From positions 1-36,452 of IMG/VR virus record IMGVR_UViG_3300033144_005791: a DNA stretch of 36,452 nt; one strand, 5' to 3'. The position numbers were made by a program, and so were the translations under genes. This document shows positions 35,975-36,452 of this stretch, in pieces; the stretch's first letter is position 1; each line of letters opens with the position of its first letter. This DNA comes from a virus. Lineage: Duplodnaviria > Caudoviricetes. The notes under the pieces were generated by a model. It ran no database searches. It worked only from the letters and a program-made list of their open reading frames with translations, and was not told the origin of the DNA.

Positions 35975-36370
35975 TTACTTACCTTGTAGAGTTGGAGTAT
36001 CTTGCTTAGCTGCCTTGATCTCGAGTGTTGGGAGCCCGGGCTTGACAGTAAGAGCCTTATCAACTGTTTTCTGTGAAGCCTTGTCGAGCTTCCGGTACTC
36101 CGCAAGTTTCAACTCGTATGTGGTTTTGAAAACCATCTTACGAAGAGTGGCGGGTAAGGCGGGTACAGCATCCTGAAGCACGGTACGATTGAGTTTGTAG
36201 GTACCTTTTACCTCACGACCATCAGGGAGCATGGACTTGTTGACACCTTCCGTTGGCTTGGGGAAGGTACCTGTAAAGAGCCCGTCTCTTAGAGCTCTTT
36301 CTTCTTCTTGTAGCTTCGTAATAGCGAGTTTCAACTCTTGCCATCTGGCGAGTGTTGCATAATAGTCCAT
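35975..36370 (-). CDS. Hypothetical phage protein
   Basis: N-terminal coiled coil, EGVN and VKPGLPTLEI. First gene after the promoter candidate at the window edge. Confidence 0.75.
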   Translation of the reverse strand: MDYYATLARWQELKLAITKLQEEERALRDGLFTGTFPKPTEGVNKSMLPDGREVKGTYKLNRTVLQDAVPALPATLRKMVFKTTYELKLAEYRKLDKASQKTVDKALTVKPGLPTLEIKAAKQDTPTLQGK

Positions 36371-36423
36371 GTTGGTCCCCAGGTACAGGTGAAGTTGTTG
36401 TGTCAGTTACTTGTCCAGGTACT

Positions 36424-36452
36424 AACGTACCAGGAGACTCATACTATTGTCA
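36424..36452 (-). promoter_or_regulatory. Probable sigma70-type promoter (truncated by the window edge)
   Basis: TGACA-N18-TACGTT with an extended -10 TG. The first T of the -35 box would lie outside the window. Confidence 0.5.

Noticed and set aside
1-36452. Alternative genetic code or prophage context
   Set aside because: Genes read through normally under the standard code with all three stop codons in use. No integrase, att site or host genes are visible, so lifestyle and host cannot be assigned.

Overview
A 36.5-kb segment of a tailed dsDNA phage (siphovirus-type) with two convergent halves. The + strand (1-21730) carries the late module: scaffold, head decoration, major capsid, head-tail adaptor, an extra neck cassette ending in a 23-repeat protein with two head-closure-like domains, neck and tail-terminator proteins, tail tube, a tail-assembly chaperone pair with a -1 frameshift, tape measure, a tail-tip protein fused to about 295 collagen G-X-Y triplets, a Cys-rich tip protein, a methyltransferase-GT2-TPR fusion, and lysis genes. 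The - strand (36452-21979) carries replication and DNA-modification genes: Sak4-like ATPase, DUF669-like SSB, Cas4-like nuclease, SF2 helicase, a 7-deazaguanine cluster (queE, queC, queD, folE, dpdA) with an inserted nucleoside deoxyribosyltransferase-like gene, a beta-clamp-like protein and a family A DNA polymerase. The best candidate for a new system is a Thr-rich collagen tail fibre next to a methyltransferase-glycosyltransferase that may glycosylate it. Other candidates are the NDT-like enzyme in the deazaguanine operon, the repeat-stalk/double-stopper neck protein and a tRNA-like RNA. All calls come from motif recognition by eye and gene order; no database searches were run.
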